DNA of 37,631 bases from a bacterium (GTDB lineage Bacteria; Hinthialibacterota; Hinthialibacteria; Hinthialibacterales; Hinthialibacteraceae). Within the stretch, counting starts at the first letter, position 1; each line of letters begins with the position of its first letter. The notes below the pieces were generated by a model that did no database searches, was not told where the DNA came from, and worked only from the letters and a program-made list of their open reading frames with translations. The position numbers and the translations under genes were made by a program. The stretch is taken from assembly GCA_963663405.2 (NCBI GenBank), contig CAXXSM010000083.1, forward strand, positions 1 through 37,631, written 5' to 3'. Of the stretch, positions 18,721 through 28,339 are shown one piece after another.

Positions 18721-20016
18721 TTAAACGACTTCGGGAACGACGAACGGTTCGCGGTATTTAGGTTTCAATAACCGGTTGGCTTCATCATCATCGACAAAGC
18801 GTTCGAAGAGAGGATCAAATTCGAGCGCCCGTCCCGTCTGGAACGCGATGTTGCCGAGATGGGCGATCGCGGATGATAGGTGGATGGTCTCCACCGGCCC
18901 GTTCTGATCGGACATCTTCCGGCTGCGGACAGCTTTGTGGAAATTGGCGAAGTGATCGCCTCCTTCGCTTCCTTTCGGTCCGGGTTTTCGATCGGAACCT
19001 AAGAAGGTTTCATACGAGCCATAGCCATTGATGACCATGTATCCATCTTTGCCATAGAAGATGTTCCCTACGGTGACTCCCGCCTCTGTGTTCGTGTCCC
19101 AAGGCCGGGTTTCAAACTGAATCATTTTGTTTTCGCGGGTAAATTTATAATTCGTAGATAGCCATTCCGGTGTTTCTTTGTCATCGTCCCAAAGGAACCG
19201 GCCCCCCATCGCGACCACTTTATCCGGCAGGGATTTCATACCAAGGCCCCACAAACACATGTCGGTTTGATGGACACCCTGGTTGCCAACATCCCCATTA
19301 CCAAACGCCCAATGCCAATGCCAGTTGTAATGGACGATGTTTTCAGAATAGGGCCGCCACTGCGCCGGTCCAAGCCAGAGGTTGTAATCAAGATGTTCCG
19401 GCACAAATGTTGTTTGCTTCTTCCCAATAGAGCCACGGGTCCGGAAACAGAGTCCCCGCGCGAGATAAACTTCACCAATCACGCCATCACGCAGTAATTC
19501 GACAGCCTCCTGCAAAGCGGGGGAACTGCGCAATTGGACGCCGTGCTGGACGATACGGCGGTATTTATAAGCCGCTTCGATCATTTTGCGGCCTTCAAAG
19601 ATATTATGGGAACCGGGTTTTTCGACGTAGACATCTTTCCCCGCTTGACAGGCCCAGATCGTAGCCAACGCATGCCAATGGTTTGGGGTGGCGATACTGA
19701 CGGCGTCAATCGAGTCGTCCGCAAACAGGTCGCGCATATCCGTGACGGTTTTCACCTCTTTCCCATACTCCGCTTTGAACTTCGCCGCCCGGTCCGTGAG
19801 AACTTTCTTATCTGGATCGCAGAGAGCGACGACTTCCACATTCTCCGCGCCCTGATGCGCTCGAATATGCGCCTGTCCACGGCCATGCACGCCGATCACG
19901 GCGACGCGAATGAGGTCGTTGGCGTCCGCCCAGGATTTTGACGTTCCAATCAATTGACCGGCGGCGATCACGCCGGCGGCTCCTTTGACAAATGCTCTTC
20001 GCTTTAGATCGTTCAT
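18721..20016 (-). CDS. Gfo/Idh/MocA family oxidoreductase with Tat signal
   Basis: RRAFVK leader, IRVAVIGVHGRG, IATPNHWH, GKDVYVEKP, LWLGPA, GNQGVHQTD. Confidence 0.92.
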   Translation of the reverse strand: MNDLKRRAFVKGAAGVIAAGQLIGTSKSWADANDLIRVAVIGVHGRGQAHIRAHQGAENVEVVALCDPDKKVLTDRAAKFKAEYGKEVKTVTDMRDLFADDSIDAVSIATPNHWHALATIWACQAGKDVYVEKPGSHNIFEGRKMIEAAYKYRRIVQHGVQLRSSPALQEAVELLRDGVIGEVYLARGLCFRTRGSIGKKQTTFVPEHLDYNLWLGPAQWRPYSENIVHYNWHWHWAFGNGDVGNQGVHQTDMCLWGLGMKSLPDKVVAMGGRFLWDDDKETPEWLSTNYKFTRENKMIQFETRPWDTNTEAGVTVGNIFYGKDGYMVINGYGSYETFLGSDRKPGPKGSEGGDHFANFHKAVRSRKMSDQNGPVETIHLSSAIAHLGNIAFQTGRALEFDPLFERFVDDDEANRLLKPKYREPFVVPEVV

Positions 20017-20187
20017 AATTCACCCTTTCGATTCTCATTGTTTGTATTCTTAATATCACAGAGCGTAATATGGAATGGAATACTATCCTCTCTTTAAAAG
20101 ACTCAGGATCTATCCATGAACAAGGTCAATGTAGCAGTGTATTCCGCGTGTCTGAAGGGGAATTCGCAGGGATCACCCGCTTCAATC

Positions 20188-20349
20188 CTAATCATCTTGT
20201 GTATCGTCAGTCAGGTCTGGATTTTTCAGATCCCCAAGCATCCGCTGAATATCAAAAAAACCAAAGACAATCACCCATAGACTCATAGCGGCGAACGCCG
20301 TGACACTGGCGAAAAAGATGTATTTCCAAAACACGTTCCAAGTATCCAT
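20188..20349 (-). CDS. 53-aa single-TM protein coupled to the symporter
   Basis: MDTWNVFWKYIFFASVTAFAAMSLWVIVFGFFDIQRM...; the ATG overlaps the symporter stop (TAATG), with GGAAAGGG RBS. Confidence 0.7.
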   Translation of the reverse strand: MDTWNVFWKYIFFASVTAFAAMSLWVIVFGFFDIQRMLGDLKNPDLTDDTQDD

Positions 20350-21917
20350 TATGATAATCCCTTTCCTGTCTGTTTGGGTGAGTCCGGCCAAATCAACGAG
20401 CCCACAATCATTGCGAGAATGCTTAACGTTAAAGCGAACAGTCCCATCACGGGAGCGTTCAATTCAAATCCGATGATATGTTCAATCGCCTCGTAGTGTA
20501 GTAATTCCCTTATTTTGCTTAAACCGAAAATCGCGCTGAAGCCCGCCAGTAACGCCAAGATAGCGCCCGTGGAACTGGCCCGTTTCCAATACAATCCAAA
20601 ACTGAGAACAGAGATCGCCCCCGTTGAATAGATTGCGCCGGTGATTCCCATGTATTCCCAGATATCGTCGGATCCCTCATACCAAAGGCCCCATAAAAGG
20701 ATGTAAATCCCGATCAGCACAATGATCAAACGGGTAAGAAAGACTTTTCCTTTGTCGGTAAGTGGTTTCCCCTGCCGCAGAGGATTCACAATATCCAGAA
20801 CGATCACGGAGGACCAGCAAAGTAGATAACTATCATGCGTGGACATAAATGCGGCGATCATGGCCGCCGTGACCAAGCCCAGAAAACCCGTTGGCAGGAC
20901 ATGCGAAAGGAAGATTGGCATCGCATACAAATTATCCAAGGCTTCCGCATTTCCAGTTGGGAAAAACGCTTCTTGAAAAATACCGCCTGTCGTCATCACA
21001 AACACAAACGCCGAAACGCCTAAAAAATAAGGGATCAAAAAACGGATCAGAAAAGAGATCGATGAAAACATATACTGCCGCTTGACCACTTTGGTATTCC
21101 GGCCCGCTAACGCGCGGGTGACAGCGGTCGGCCAGATAGCGCAACTGACCAGCGCCAGCACACCCTGCCAACTCATGTACGCTGGACCAAAGCCGCTTCC
21201 TTTAATGGTCGGATCAAAGCCGGACGGGCCTTTATGTTGTTTCACGATTTCTACCATCTCGGACCAGCCGTACGTGTTGAGAATTAAAAAGACGACCAGC
21301 AGTAATCCCATAGAAAGCACAGTAAACTGAACGTAATCCGCCAAGACGACCGAGACCATGCCGCCAAGAATGGTATAAAACAACACCAGCGCGATCAACG
21401 TGGTCATGACCACAACAAGCAGTCCGCCGGATGGATCGATACCGGTTACGCCAATGATGAATTGCGAACCGACCTTCAGAAACAATCCCATGTTTAAAAT
21501 ACCACCGAACGCCAACAGGATTCCTCCAAGAATACGCGCCGGCCGCCCGAACCGCATTTCGTAATATTCAGGGATCGTCATCGCCTTGGTCCGGCGCAGG
21601 GGGACGACAATGAATCCCGTCAATCCGACGAGAAATGTGACGATACAGGCGATCACGGCGATGTGAAACGAAGCGAATCCGCCCGTAAATCCTTTCTGCG
21701 CCGAATACATGACTGTAATCAATCCCATCTCCGTGCCCGTCATTGTCGCCACGGACAGGGCCGTCCCTAAATGACGGCCCGCGACGACATAATCAGCGAC
21801 ACCGCTGATAAACCGCCGCGCGAACAAGCCGATGAAAATGGATATCGACACATAACCAATGACGATAAGCCAATCGATCAGGGAAAAATGCCCACCGGAA
21901 AACACACTGGATTCCAT
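20349..21917 (-). CDS. Sodium:solute symporter (SSS/SLC5) family protein
   Basis: DYVVAGR, TIPEYYEMRFG, YTILGGMVSVVLADYVQF, IAAFMST, GLYWKRA; many TM helices. Likely start ATG 21917 with AGGAG RBS. Confidence 0.92.
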   Translation of the reverse strand: MESSVFSGGHFSLIDWLIVIGYVSISIFIGLFARRFISGVADYVVAGRHLGTALSVATMTGTEMGLITVMYSAQKGFTGGFASFHIAVIACIVTFLVGLTGFIVVPLRRTKAMTIPEYYEMRFGRPARILGGILLAFGGILNMGLFLKVGSQFIIGVTGIDPSGGLLVVVMTTLIALVLFYTILGGMVSVVLADYVQFTVLSMGLLLVVFLILNTYGWSEMVEIVKQHKGPSGFDPTIKGSGFGPAYMSWQGVLALVSCAIWPTAVTRALAGRNTKVVKRQYMFSSISFLIRFLIPYFLGVSAFVFVMTTGGIFQEAFFPTGNAEALDNLYAMPIFLSHVLPTGFLGLVTAAMIAAFMSTHDSYLLCWSSVIVLDIVNPLRQGKPLTDKGKVFLTRLIIVLIGIYILLWGLWYEGSDDIWEYMGITGAIYSTGAISVLSFGLYWKRASSTGAILALLAGFSAIFGLSKIRELLHYEAIEHIIGFELNAPVMGLFALTLSILAMIVGSLIWPDSPKQTGKGLS

Positions 21918-22133
21918 ACATAAACTCCTATATATCCGCTGAATTTCAATTTTATTTCTTCCAACATATACCAGATAATCATAAACTACCTGTATCACAA
22001 ATTCTAGTTTGTCAGGAAATCATTTATTTTGCAGCAGAGAACCATTCCCAGGATCATTTTTTAGAGGATTTGGAATAATGAAAGGGAGATTGAGATTAAA
22101 AAAAGAAAGGACGATTGTCAAAAATTTTATCCT

Positions 22134-23327
22134 TTATCGCTCAACAATAACCACCTTATCATCCTGTAGCGATAGATGGCTTCGTCCTTGCAGGAAATTC
22201 ATCAACTCTTCGCCGAATAATTTCGCCGCTTGGGGGGTGAGGATTCCTCGATCAACTAATTCCTGCGAGGTCTGAAATGAACCGGTCAAGAGAGAATTGT
22301 ATCTTTTGGTATCAATCAAATATTTGAGCGCCACATCATGCCGGGAAGCCATGATGGTCAAAAAACAGCGAAGTAAATCAACCGCTTGCGAACGGGCGGG
22401 AGAAGGAGGCGTGAATTTCCGCACGAGCGGCTCGCCGCTGTTTTCCCCCAGGCGGATCGCTTCTAAAATCGAATCCCCCTGCCGGAGAAGTTCTTTTTTC
22501 GGCACTCCACGAAACGTTTTGAGTTGATCGAAATCTTTGGGACGGACAACGGCCAGGTTGAGCAGGACGTTATCATCCATCAACCATTTACGCGGCACAT
22601 TCAATTCCCGAATGCGTTTCTCTCTCCACCGGGCGACTTCTAACAAAACTGGATAATGTTTCGGTTTGACACGTCCACTCTTGTACAACCGTTTCGCAAT
22701 CAATTCGGGATTCGGTTGATATAAAGCCTCTTCTTCATACTGCCTTGAAAGAGACAACGCCCATTCCCGGCGCCCCCGGCGATCGAGTTCTACCAGCATG
22801 CGCTCCCCCAACTCCACAAGATGAATCACATCGGAGTGCGCATATTCAATTAAATGCGGGGGTAAAGGGCGCAGTGACCAATGCGCGCGCGCCTGACCTT
22901 TTTTCACTTCTACGTTCAACATGGATTGCAGAAGAGTTTTTAAACCCACACTGTCACCATATCCGCACAACGACGCGGCGATCGATGTGTCTAAAACCGG
23001 TCTCGCCACGATCCTAAAACTACTGTGCAAACATTCCTGATCACCAAAGGCGGCATGCGCAACTTTGAGGATTTTTGGATTCTGCAGGACATCCAGCAAT
23101 GGACCAAATGCGGAAGAAACACCTTGATGATTCGACCGTAATACTTCCGGCGCATCAATCAGCCAGGATTCCCGGCGCGTCGCGAGCTGAATGATTTCCA
23201 ATTGAGGGAAAAAAGTGCGCTCGCGGATGAATTCCGTATCAAAAGCAAGAATCGGCTCGTTCTCGACCGTTTTCGCCAACTGCGCAATTTCTTTGGCGGA
23301 ACTGATCGGTTTTGGATGTTGAATCAT
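22134..23327 (-). CDS. rnd: Ribonuclease D (DEDDy exonuclease + HRDC)
   Basis: LAFDTEFIRERTFFPQLEIIQ, KVAHAAFGDQE, LDTSIAA, WSLRPL...YAHSDV, and an HRDC region WREKRIRELNVP. Confidence 0.9.
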   Translation of the reverse strand: MIQHPKPISSAKEIAQLAKTVENEPILAFDTEFIRERTFFPQLEIIQLATRRESWLIDAPEVLRSNHQGVSSAFGPLLDVLQNPKILKVAHAAFGDQECLHSSFRIVARPVLDTSIAASLCGYGDSVGLKTLLQSMLNVEVKKGQARAHWSLRPLPPHLIEYAHSDVIHLVELGERMLVELDRRGRREWALSLSRQYEEEALYQPNPELIAKRLYKSGRVKPKHYPVLLEVARWREKRIRELNVPRKWLMDDNVLLNLAVVRPKDFDQLKTFRGVPKKELLRQGDSILEAIRLGENSGEPLVRKFTPPSPARSQAVDLLRCFLTIMASRHDVALKYLIDTKRYNSLLTGSFQTSQELVDRGILTPQAAKLFGEELMNFLQGRSHLSLQDDKVVIVER

Positions 23328-23916
23328 TAGTCTGTTATTCCCGTTTCTTCCCTCCGCATGCGCGCATATTCGTTCACTTTCCGCTATCGATGAAATTAAT
23401 ACACTATATTGAGTAATTCAAAAAACCGATTAGATAAAACGCAAGGATTAAGCCCTTTTCCCTGGATCTTTTTTGAATTTTTTTTATAGAACCAGCTTTT
23501 TAACGTTCCACGCTATAGAAAAATACCACATTACACGCATAAAATAAATTGGAGTGATGTTCGATTATAATTTTCCAACAAATCTTTGGTTCCTTAAATC
23601 GATTTCCACCGCTCATTCATATTGATAAAAGAACCAACATGATCGAGATCACAACCTGCAAATGAATATGAGTCGTGGGAGATATCACGAATGAGAAAGT
23701 CCCGGAAACTCATTTTCATATAAAACACTTGGTTCCAGCGCTTTTAATGAATATGATAACAAAAATGTTTTATCCTATTATAGTGTATCCTGTACATGCC
23801 CCCTCTATCAACACCTCTATCAATAGGTATATATTTCTGTTTTATACTTTTTTAGCGTTATGTCTTAACGAACCGGAAAAAATGTAAGCTATCAAAAAAG
23901 AAATGGAATTAAAACA

Positions 23917-25383
23917 ATGAATCGTATTGGTTTCTCTCTCCTTGTCATGATGGTGTTCACCACCCCAGGAGGCGCCGTTGACGCTCCCAAGCCGTTATTC
24001 CCAATCCCGGCTGAACAGCAGATCGCCTGGCAGGAAATGGAGTATATCGCTTTCGCCCATTTCGGGATGAATACATTCACGAATAAAGAATGGGGCGATG
24101 GAACCGAGGATCCGGCGCTCTTCAATCCTACTGAATTTAACGCGCGTCAATGGATAAAGGTTATCAAAGACGCCGGAATGAAAATGTTGATCCTTACCGC
24201 AAAGCATCACGATGGATTCTGTCTCTGGCCCAGTCAATACACCGAACATTCCGTAAAAAACAGCCCCTGGCGCAAGGGAAAAGGGGACGTGGTCCGTGAA
24301 ATCGCGAACGCTTGCCAGGCAGAAGGGATCAAACTGGGGATATACTTGTCTCCCTGGGACCGGCACGAGCCAACATACGGCGACTCCCCTGTTTACAATA
24401 AATTTTTCCGGAACCAGTTGCGTGAATTACTTGGCTCTTATGGAGAGATCACTGAAGTCTGGTTCGATGGAGCCTGTGGAGAAGGCCCCAATGGGAAACG
24501 GCAGGTGTATGATTGGGACAGTTATTATGCCGTCGTGCGGGAGATGCAGCCGAACGCGCTGATTTTCGGGTGCGGTCCCGACATCCGCTGGGTGGGCAAC
24601 GAATCGGGCGTCGCCCGTGAAACAGAATGGAGCGCGCAGTTCATCACAAATGACATTCTCAACCGCCACTGGGTGGAATACCATCGCAGTTACGTCAATG
24701 GAAGCGGCGCCGATCTGGCCGATCGAATCGCGAAAAATCACGGTAATCACAAAATGATGTGGTATCCAGCGGAATGCGATGTCTCAATCCGCCCAGGCTG
24801 GTTCTATCACCCGGATCAGGATGAAAAAGTCAAATCACTCGAACACCTCATTGACATCTATTACAAATCCATCGGACGAAACGGGGTTTTTCTGTTGAAC
24901 CTGCCACCGGATCAACGGGGTTTGATCCATGAAAACGACGCGGCGCGACTGCTGGAACTGCGTGAGACGATCGATCGAACTTTTCAATACGATGTAGCCG
25001 CTTATCAATCGGCGAAAGCGAGCAATGTCCGGGGGAATCATTCCTTTTTCAACGCGGACAAAGCGGTGGACCGCAGCAAACACACCTACTGGGCCACGGA
25101 TGATGGCGTCACGAGCGCGACACTCGAAATCAATTTCGGCGAAATCAAACCGTTTAATGTCAGCATGATCCAAGAGCATATCGCATTGGGCCAGCGGATT
25201 TATGAATACTCCATTGAAGTATGGATTGGAGGCTGGAAAGAGATCGCGCGAGGCACGACAATCGGATACAAGCGCTTAAATCACTTCCCCACAGTAAAAG
25301 TGGCGCGTGTTCGATTGGTGATTCATAAATCCCGCGCCTGTCCCGTGATTCAATCCTTCGGCCTTTACAATGCGCCGAAATAA
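23917..25383 (+). CDS. GH29 alpha-L-fucosidase with C-terminal F5/8-type domain
   Basis: Signal peptide, FAHFGMNTF, LTAKHHDGFCLWPS, YLSPWDRH, EVWFDGA, RWVGNE, PAECDVSIRPGWFYH. Confidence 0.93.
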   Translation: MNRIGFSLLVMMVFTTPGGAVDAPKPLFPIPAEQQIAWQEMEYIAFAHFGMNTFTNKEWGDGTEDPALFNPTEFNARQWIKVIKDAGMKMLILTAKHHDGFCLWPSQYTEHSVKNSPWRKGKGDVVREIANACQAEGIKLGIYLSPWDRHEPTYGDSPVYNKFFRNQLRELLGSYGEITEVWFDGACGEGPNGKRQVYDWDSYYAVVREMQPNALIFGCGPDIRWVGNESGVARETEWSAQFITNDILNRHWVEYHRSYVNGSGADLADRIAKNHGNHKMMWYPAECDVSIRPGWFYHPDQDEKVKSLEHLIDIYYKSIGRNGVFLLNLPPDQRGLIHENDAARLLELRETIDRTFQYDVAAYQSAKASNVRGNHSFFNADKAVDRSKHTYWATDDGVTSATLEINFGEIKPFNVSMIQEHIALGQRIYEYSIEVWIGGWKEIARGTTIGYKRLNHFPTVKVARVRLVIHKSRACPVIQSFGLYNAPK

Positions 25384-25462
25384 TCCAATTTTAGTATGTC
25401 TTAATCAGATAAAAAACTACAAGTATTTATTGTTCCTATTCCTTTAAAACATCTCTTACCCC

Positions 25463-25496
25463 TGCCCCTTTTTGAGCAACTGTCTGAAATCGAGCA
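25463..25496 (+). promoter_or_regulatory. Tandem putative enhancer-binding-protein sites upstream of amtB-glnK
   Basis: TGCCCCTTTTTGAGCA (25463-25478) and TGTCTGAAATCGAGCA (25481-25496): TGY-N10-GCA twice at an 18-bp period, 110-140 bp upstream of the -24 box. Confidence 0.45.
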
Positions 25497-25604
25497 ACAA
25501 AATTGTTGAATTACAGCAATTTTTCATTCAAAAAATCATCAAACAAACACCTCTAATCCAATATAATTCAAAGACTTAATATAAATTCAATACATTTTTG
25601 TCAC

Positions 25605-25620
25605 TTGGCACAATTTTTGT
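25605..25620 (+). promoter_or_regulatory. Sigma54 (-24/-12) promoter of amtB-glnK
   Basis: TTGGCAC-AATTT-TTGT versus consensus TGGCAC-N5-TTGC (GT instead of GC at -12); the nitrogen-gene context fits. Confidence 0.6.
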
Positions 25621-25764
25621 CCTATCACTATGAATTCTAGTTGGAAAATCATGTTCAAAAAAAAGCAATCTAATTCTGGACCATTTTTAATTTTTCATAA
25701 TGAATTCATAAATTGAGATCAAAGAGATTGATCATTCCAAATACATTTCGTAAGGAGTTTGATT

Positions 25765-27108
25765 ATGTTGAAAGGGAAAAAGTCTTTTCTCTTGTTGTTG
25801 ACATTGCCTCTTCTGCTCGTGGTTTTCGCTGCTCCCGCATTTGCCCAAGAAGAAGCCAAGATTGACACAGGTGACACGGCTTGGCTTTTGATGTCATGCG
25901 CTTTGGTCATGATGATGACCGCGCCGGGATTGGCGCTCTTTTACGGGGGATTGGTTGGACACCGGAATGTGCTTTCCACCTTGATGCACAGTTTTTTCCT
26001 TCTTTGCCTTATCAGCGTCCAATGGGTTGTCATCGGCTATTCGATCGCTTTTGGCTCCGATATTGGAGGTTTCATGGGAGGAATGAATTATTTCCTCATG
26101 AATGGTGTTGGTGTTGAACCCAATGGGACGATTCCTCATATTGTATTCGCCATGTTCCAAATGATGTTTGCGATCATCACAGTTGCGCTCATTAGTGGAA
26201 CCTACGCCGAACGAATCAGTTTCAAGGCGTTTGTTCTCTTCTCCTTGTTATGGGCAACAATTGTATACGATCCGCTCTGCCATTGGGTTTGGGGAAAAGG
26301 CGGATGGTTATTAAATCTTGGCGCGTTGGATTTCGCCGGTGGAACCGTAGTTCACATCAGTTCCGGCGCCGCCGCTCTTGTCTCTTGTCTTATCATTGGA
26401 AAACGAGACGGTTACCCACAATCAATCAATCCTCCTCACAACGTTCCTTTTACATTGATCGGGGGGGCGCTGCTCTGGTTCGGATGGTTTGGTTTCAACG
26501 CGGGCAGCGCATTGGGAGCAAACGGAACGGCGGGGATGGCGTTCGCCGCGACCAATACCGCTTGCGCCACAGCGGGTTTAACCTGGGCGCTCGTAGAATG
26601 GTTATACCGGGATAAACCAACGATTTTAGGAGCGGTCACCGGGGCTGTGGCCGGTTTGGTCGCCATTACACCCGCCGCGGGATTTGTAAGCATCCCCTCC
26701 TCTCTCGCTATAGGAATCGGCGCAGGTGTAATCTGCTTCTGGGGCTGCAGTTGGTTGAAGAACACGATTGGATATGACGACGCTCTTGACGTAGTCGGCG
26801 TTCACGGTCTGGGTGGCACATGGGGCGCACTTGCGACGGGCTTATTTGCGCAGGAAGCCTATGGCGGCGCCAATGGATTGTTTTTTGGAGACGCCGCTCA
26901 ATTTGGGAAACAAATTATCAGTGTTCTCGCTGGATGGGGCTGGGCCGCTCTTGGAACGGCTGTTATCCTATTTCTCGTCAAAGCGATTACACCGTTGCGT
27001 GTATCCAAAGAAGAAGAGATTATCGGTCTCGATCTTTCCCTTCACGGGGAAGTGGCTTATCACTATGATTCGTCGAGTACAACTCGCGCATTAGGAATGA
27101 AAGAATAA
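25765..27108 (+). CDS. amtB: Ammonium transporter AmtB
   Basis: Cleavable leader, GDTAW, PGLALFYGG, FQMMFAII, HWVWG, DFAGGTVVH, WFGWFGFNAGS, GLVAITP, DDALDVVGVHG. AAGGAG RBS favours ATG 25765. Confidence 0.97.
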   Translation: MLKGKKSFLLLLTLPLLLVVFAAPAFAQEEAKIDTGDTAWLLMSCALVMMMTAPGLALFYGGLVGHRNVLSTLMHSFFLLCLISVQWVVIGYSIAFGSDIGGFMGGMNYFLMNGVGVEPNGTIPHIVFAMFQMMFAIITVALISGTYAERISFKAFVLFSLLWATIVYDPLCHWVWGKGGWLLNLGALDFAGGTVVHISSGAAALVSCLIIGKRDGYPQSINPPHNVPFTLIGGALLWFGWFGFNAGSALGANGTAGMAFAATNTACATAGLTWALVEWLYRDKPTILGAVTGAVAGLVAITPAAGFVSIPSSLAIGIGAGVICFWGCSWLKNTIGYDDALDVVGVHGLGGTWGALATGLFAQEAYGGANGLFFGDAAQFGKQIISVLAGWGWAALGTAVILFLVKAITPLRVSKEEEIIGLDLSLHGEVAYHYDSSSTTRALGMKE

Positions 27109-27122
27109 AAGGAGATTATACA

Positions 27123-27461
27123 ATGAACAAAATCGAAGCGATTATTCGTCCTCATAAATTGGAAGATTTGCGAACGAGTTTAGAGGAACTCGGTGTACAA
27201 GGCATGACGGTCAGTGAAGTACGCGGTTTTGGCCGCCAACGTGGGCACTCGGAAATCTACCGGGGCCGGGAATATACCGTCGCGTTTCAACCCAAGATCA
27301 AAATCGAGATCATGGTCGAAACGGATATTACCGAACAGGCGATCGAAGCCATTCGAAGCGCCGTCAACACCGGTCAAGTCGGTGATGGAAAGATCTTTAT
27401 CTATCCGATTACCGATGTAATCCGAATTCGGACCGGTGAACGGGGATCCGAAGCGCTTTAA
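27123..27461 (+). CDS. glnK: P-II nitrogen regulatory protein
   Basis: 112 aa, KIEAIIRP, GFGRQRG, T-loop YRGREY (Tyr51 retained), TGQVGDGKIF, RIRTGE. Adjacent to amtB, hence GlnK rather than GlnB. Confidence 0.93.
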   Translation: MNKIEAIIRPHKLEDLRTSLEELGVQGMTVSEVRGFGRQRGHSEIYRGREYTVAFQPKIKIEIMVETDITEQAIEAIRSAVNTGQVGDGKIFIYPITDVIRIRTGERGSEAL

Positions 27462-27519
27462 GGATCGACCCGCCAGGGATCGATCCTCTCCGCTTTAAAT
27501 AATCAAATCACACATAGAG

Positions 27520-27544
27520 GGACGCTGAAAAGCGTCCTTTTTTT
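27520..27544 (+). terminator. Intrinsic terminator after glnK
   Basis: GGACGCT-GAAA-AGCGTCC followed by T7. A second hairpin, AGGATCGA...TCGATCCT, lies at 27461-27487. Confidence 0.88.
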
Positions 27545-27623
27545 AGGACGTATTTGCAATCCGAGCACGAATGAACTACCGTATGTACTCCGGAAGAAAT
27601 AATCGAAAGACGGTTTTTAATAC

Positions 27624-27653
27624 TGGACAATGTACTTTTATTACATATAGTAT
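27624..27653 (+). promoter_or_regulatory. Possible sigma70 promoter with an internal palindrome for the pilin-like pair
   Basis: TGGACA then TATAGT (16-nt spacer) or TAGTAT (18-nt spacer); ATGTA-N7-TACAT lies in the spacer. Confidence 0.35.
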
Positions 27654-27712
27654 GGTTATCCGATAAAGGAACAATAACAATCTATCCAGGTGAAGAGCTG
27701 AAAGGAACAGAA

Positions 27713-28312
27713 ATGAGCAGTCACGAAGAAACCCGAAATTCATTTACACTGATTGAACTGTTGATTGTTGTGGCCATCATCGGGATTCTCGCGGCCATTG
27801 CTGTACCTAATTTTTTGAACGCACAGATCCGGGCGAAAATTGCCAAATGCGAATCTGAAATGAAATCGCTGGGAACCGCGATTGAAATGTATCACATCGA
27901 TCATAACCGATACCCGTTATTTGTCGGCGTAGACGGTGTCAACATCAATCCAGTCAACCGGCGTTTGATCCCACTGACCACACCCGTCGCCTACATCGCC
28001 GCCGTTCCTCAAGATCCTTTTTTGAAGAAGATACATGGGCAGCGAGTTGTTGAGGACCAGCATGAAGCCTACGTCACCTATGATTACGTCGACGCTTGGT
28101 CGGTGATTAATCATGGGGGAGCGACGATTGTCGGCCGCAGCCTTCGCTGTTGCGAATGGCAGATCTCCGGCGCCGGGCCGGACTGTAACGCAGACACATA
28201 TGGTACCGCGCCTCTCTATAATTCGACCAACGGTCTTCTCAGTTGGGGAGATATGTACGTCCTGGGTCCGCGAGCCGGCTATCCCTGTGATCCGAGTTTG
28301 ATTGGGATCTAA
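27713..28312 (+). CDS. Prepilin-type N-terminal cleavage/methylation protein (pseudopilin-like), copy 1
   Basis: RNS|FTLIELLIVVAIIGILAAIAVPNF class III signal with Glu5; DPF and WQISGAGPD motifs. AAAGGA RBS. Confidence 0.9.
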   Translation: MSSHEETRNSFTLIELLIVVAIIGILAAIAVPNFLNAQIRAKIAKCESEMKSLGTAIEMYHIDHNRYPLFVGVDGVNINPVNRRLIPLTTPVAYIAAVPQDPFLKKIHGQRVVEDQHEAYVTYDYVDAWSVINHGGATIVGRSLRCCEWQISGAGPDCNADTYGTAPLYNSTNGLLSWGDMYVLGPRAGYPCDPSLIGI

Positions 28313-28339
28313 CGCTCAATAGAGCTGAAAGGAACAGAA

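Noticed and set aside
23675-23887. 70-aa ORF in the rnd-fucosidase spacer
   Set aside because: GTG start without a clear RBS, AT-rich promoter-like composition and no motif.
27630-27646. ATGTA-N7-TACAT as an NtcA or TnrA/GlnR nitrogen box
   Set aside because: The spacing fits neither GTA-N8-TAC nor TGTNA-N7-TNACA; kept only as an unassigned palindrome.
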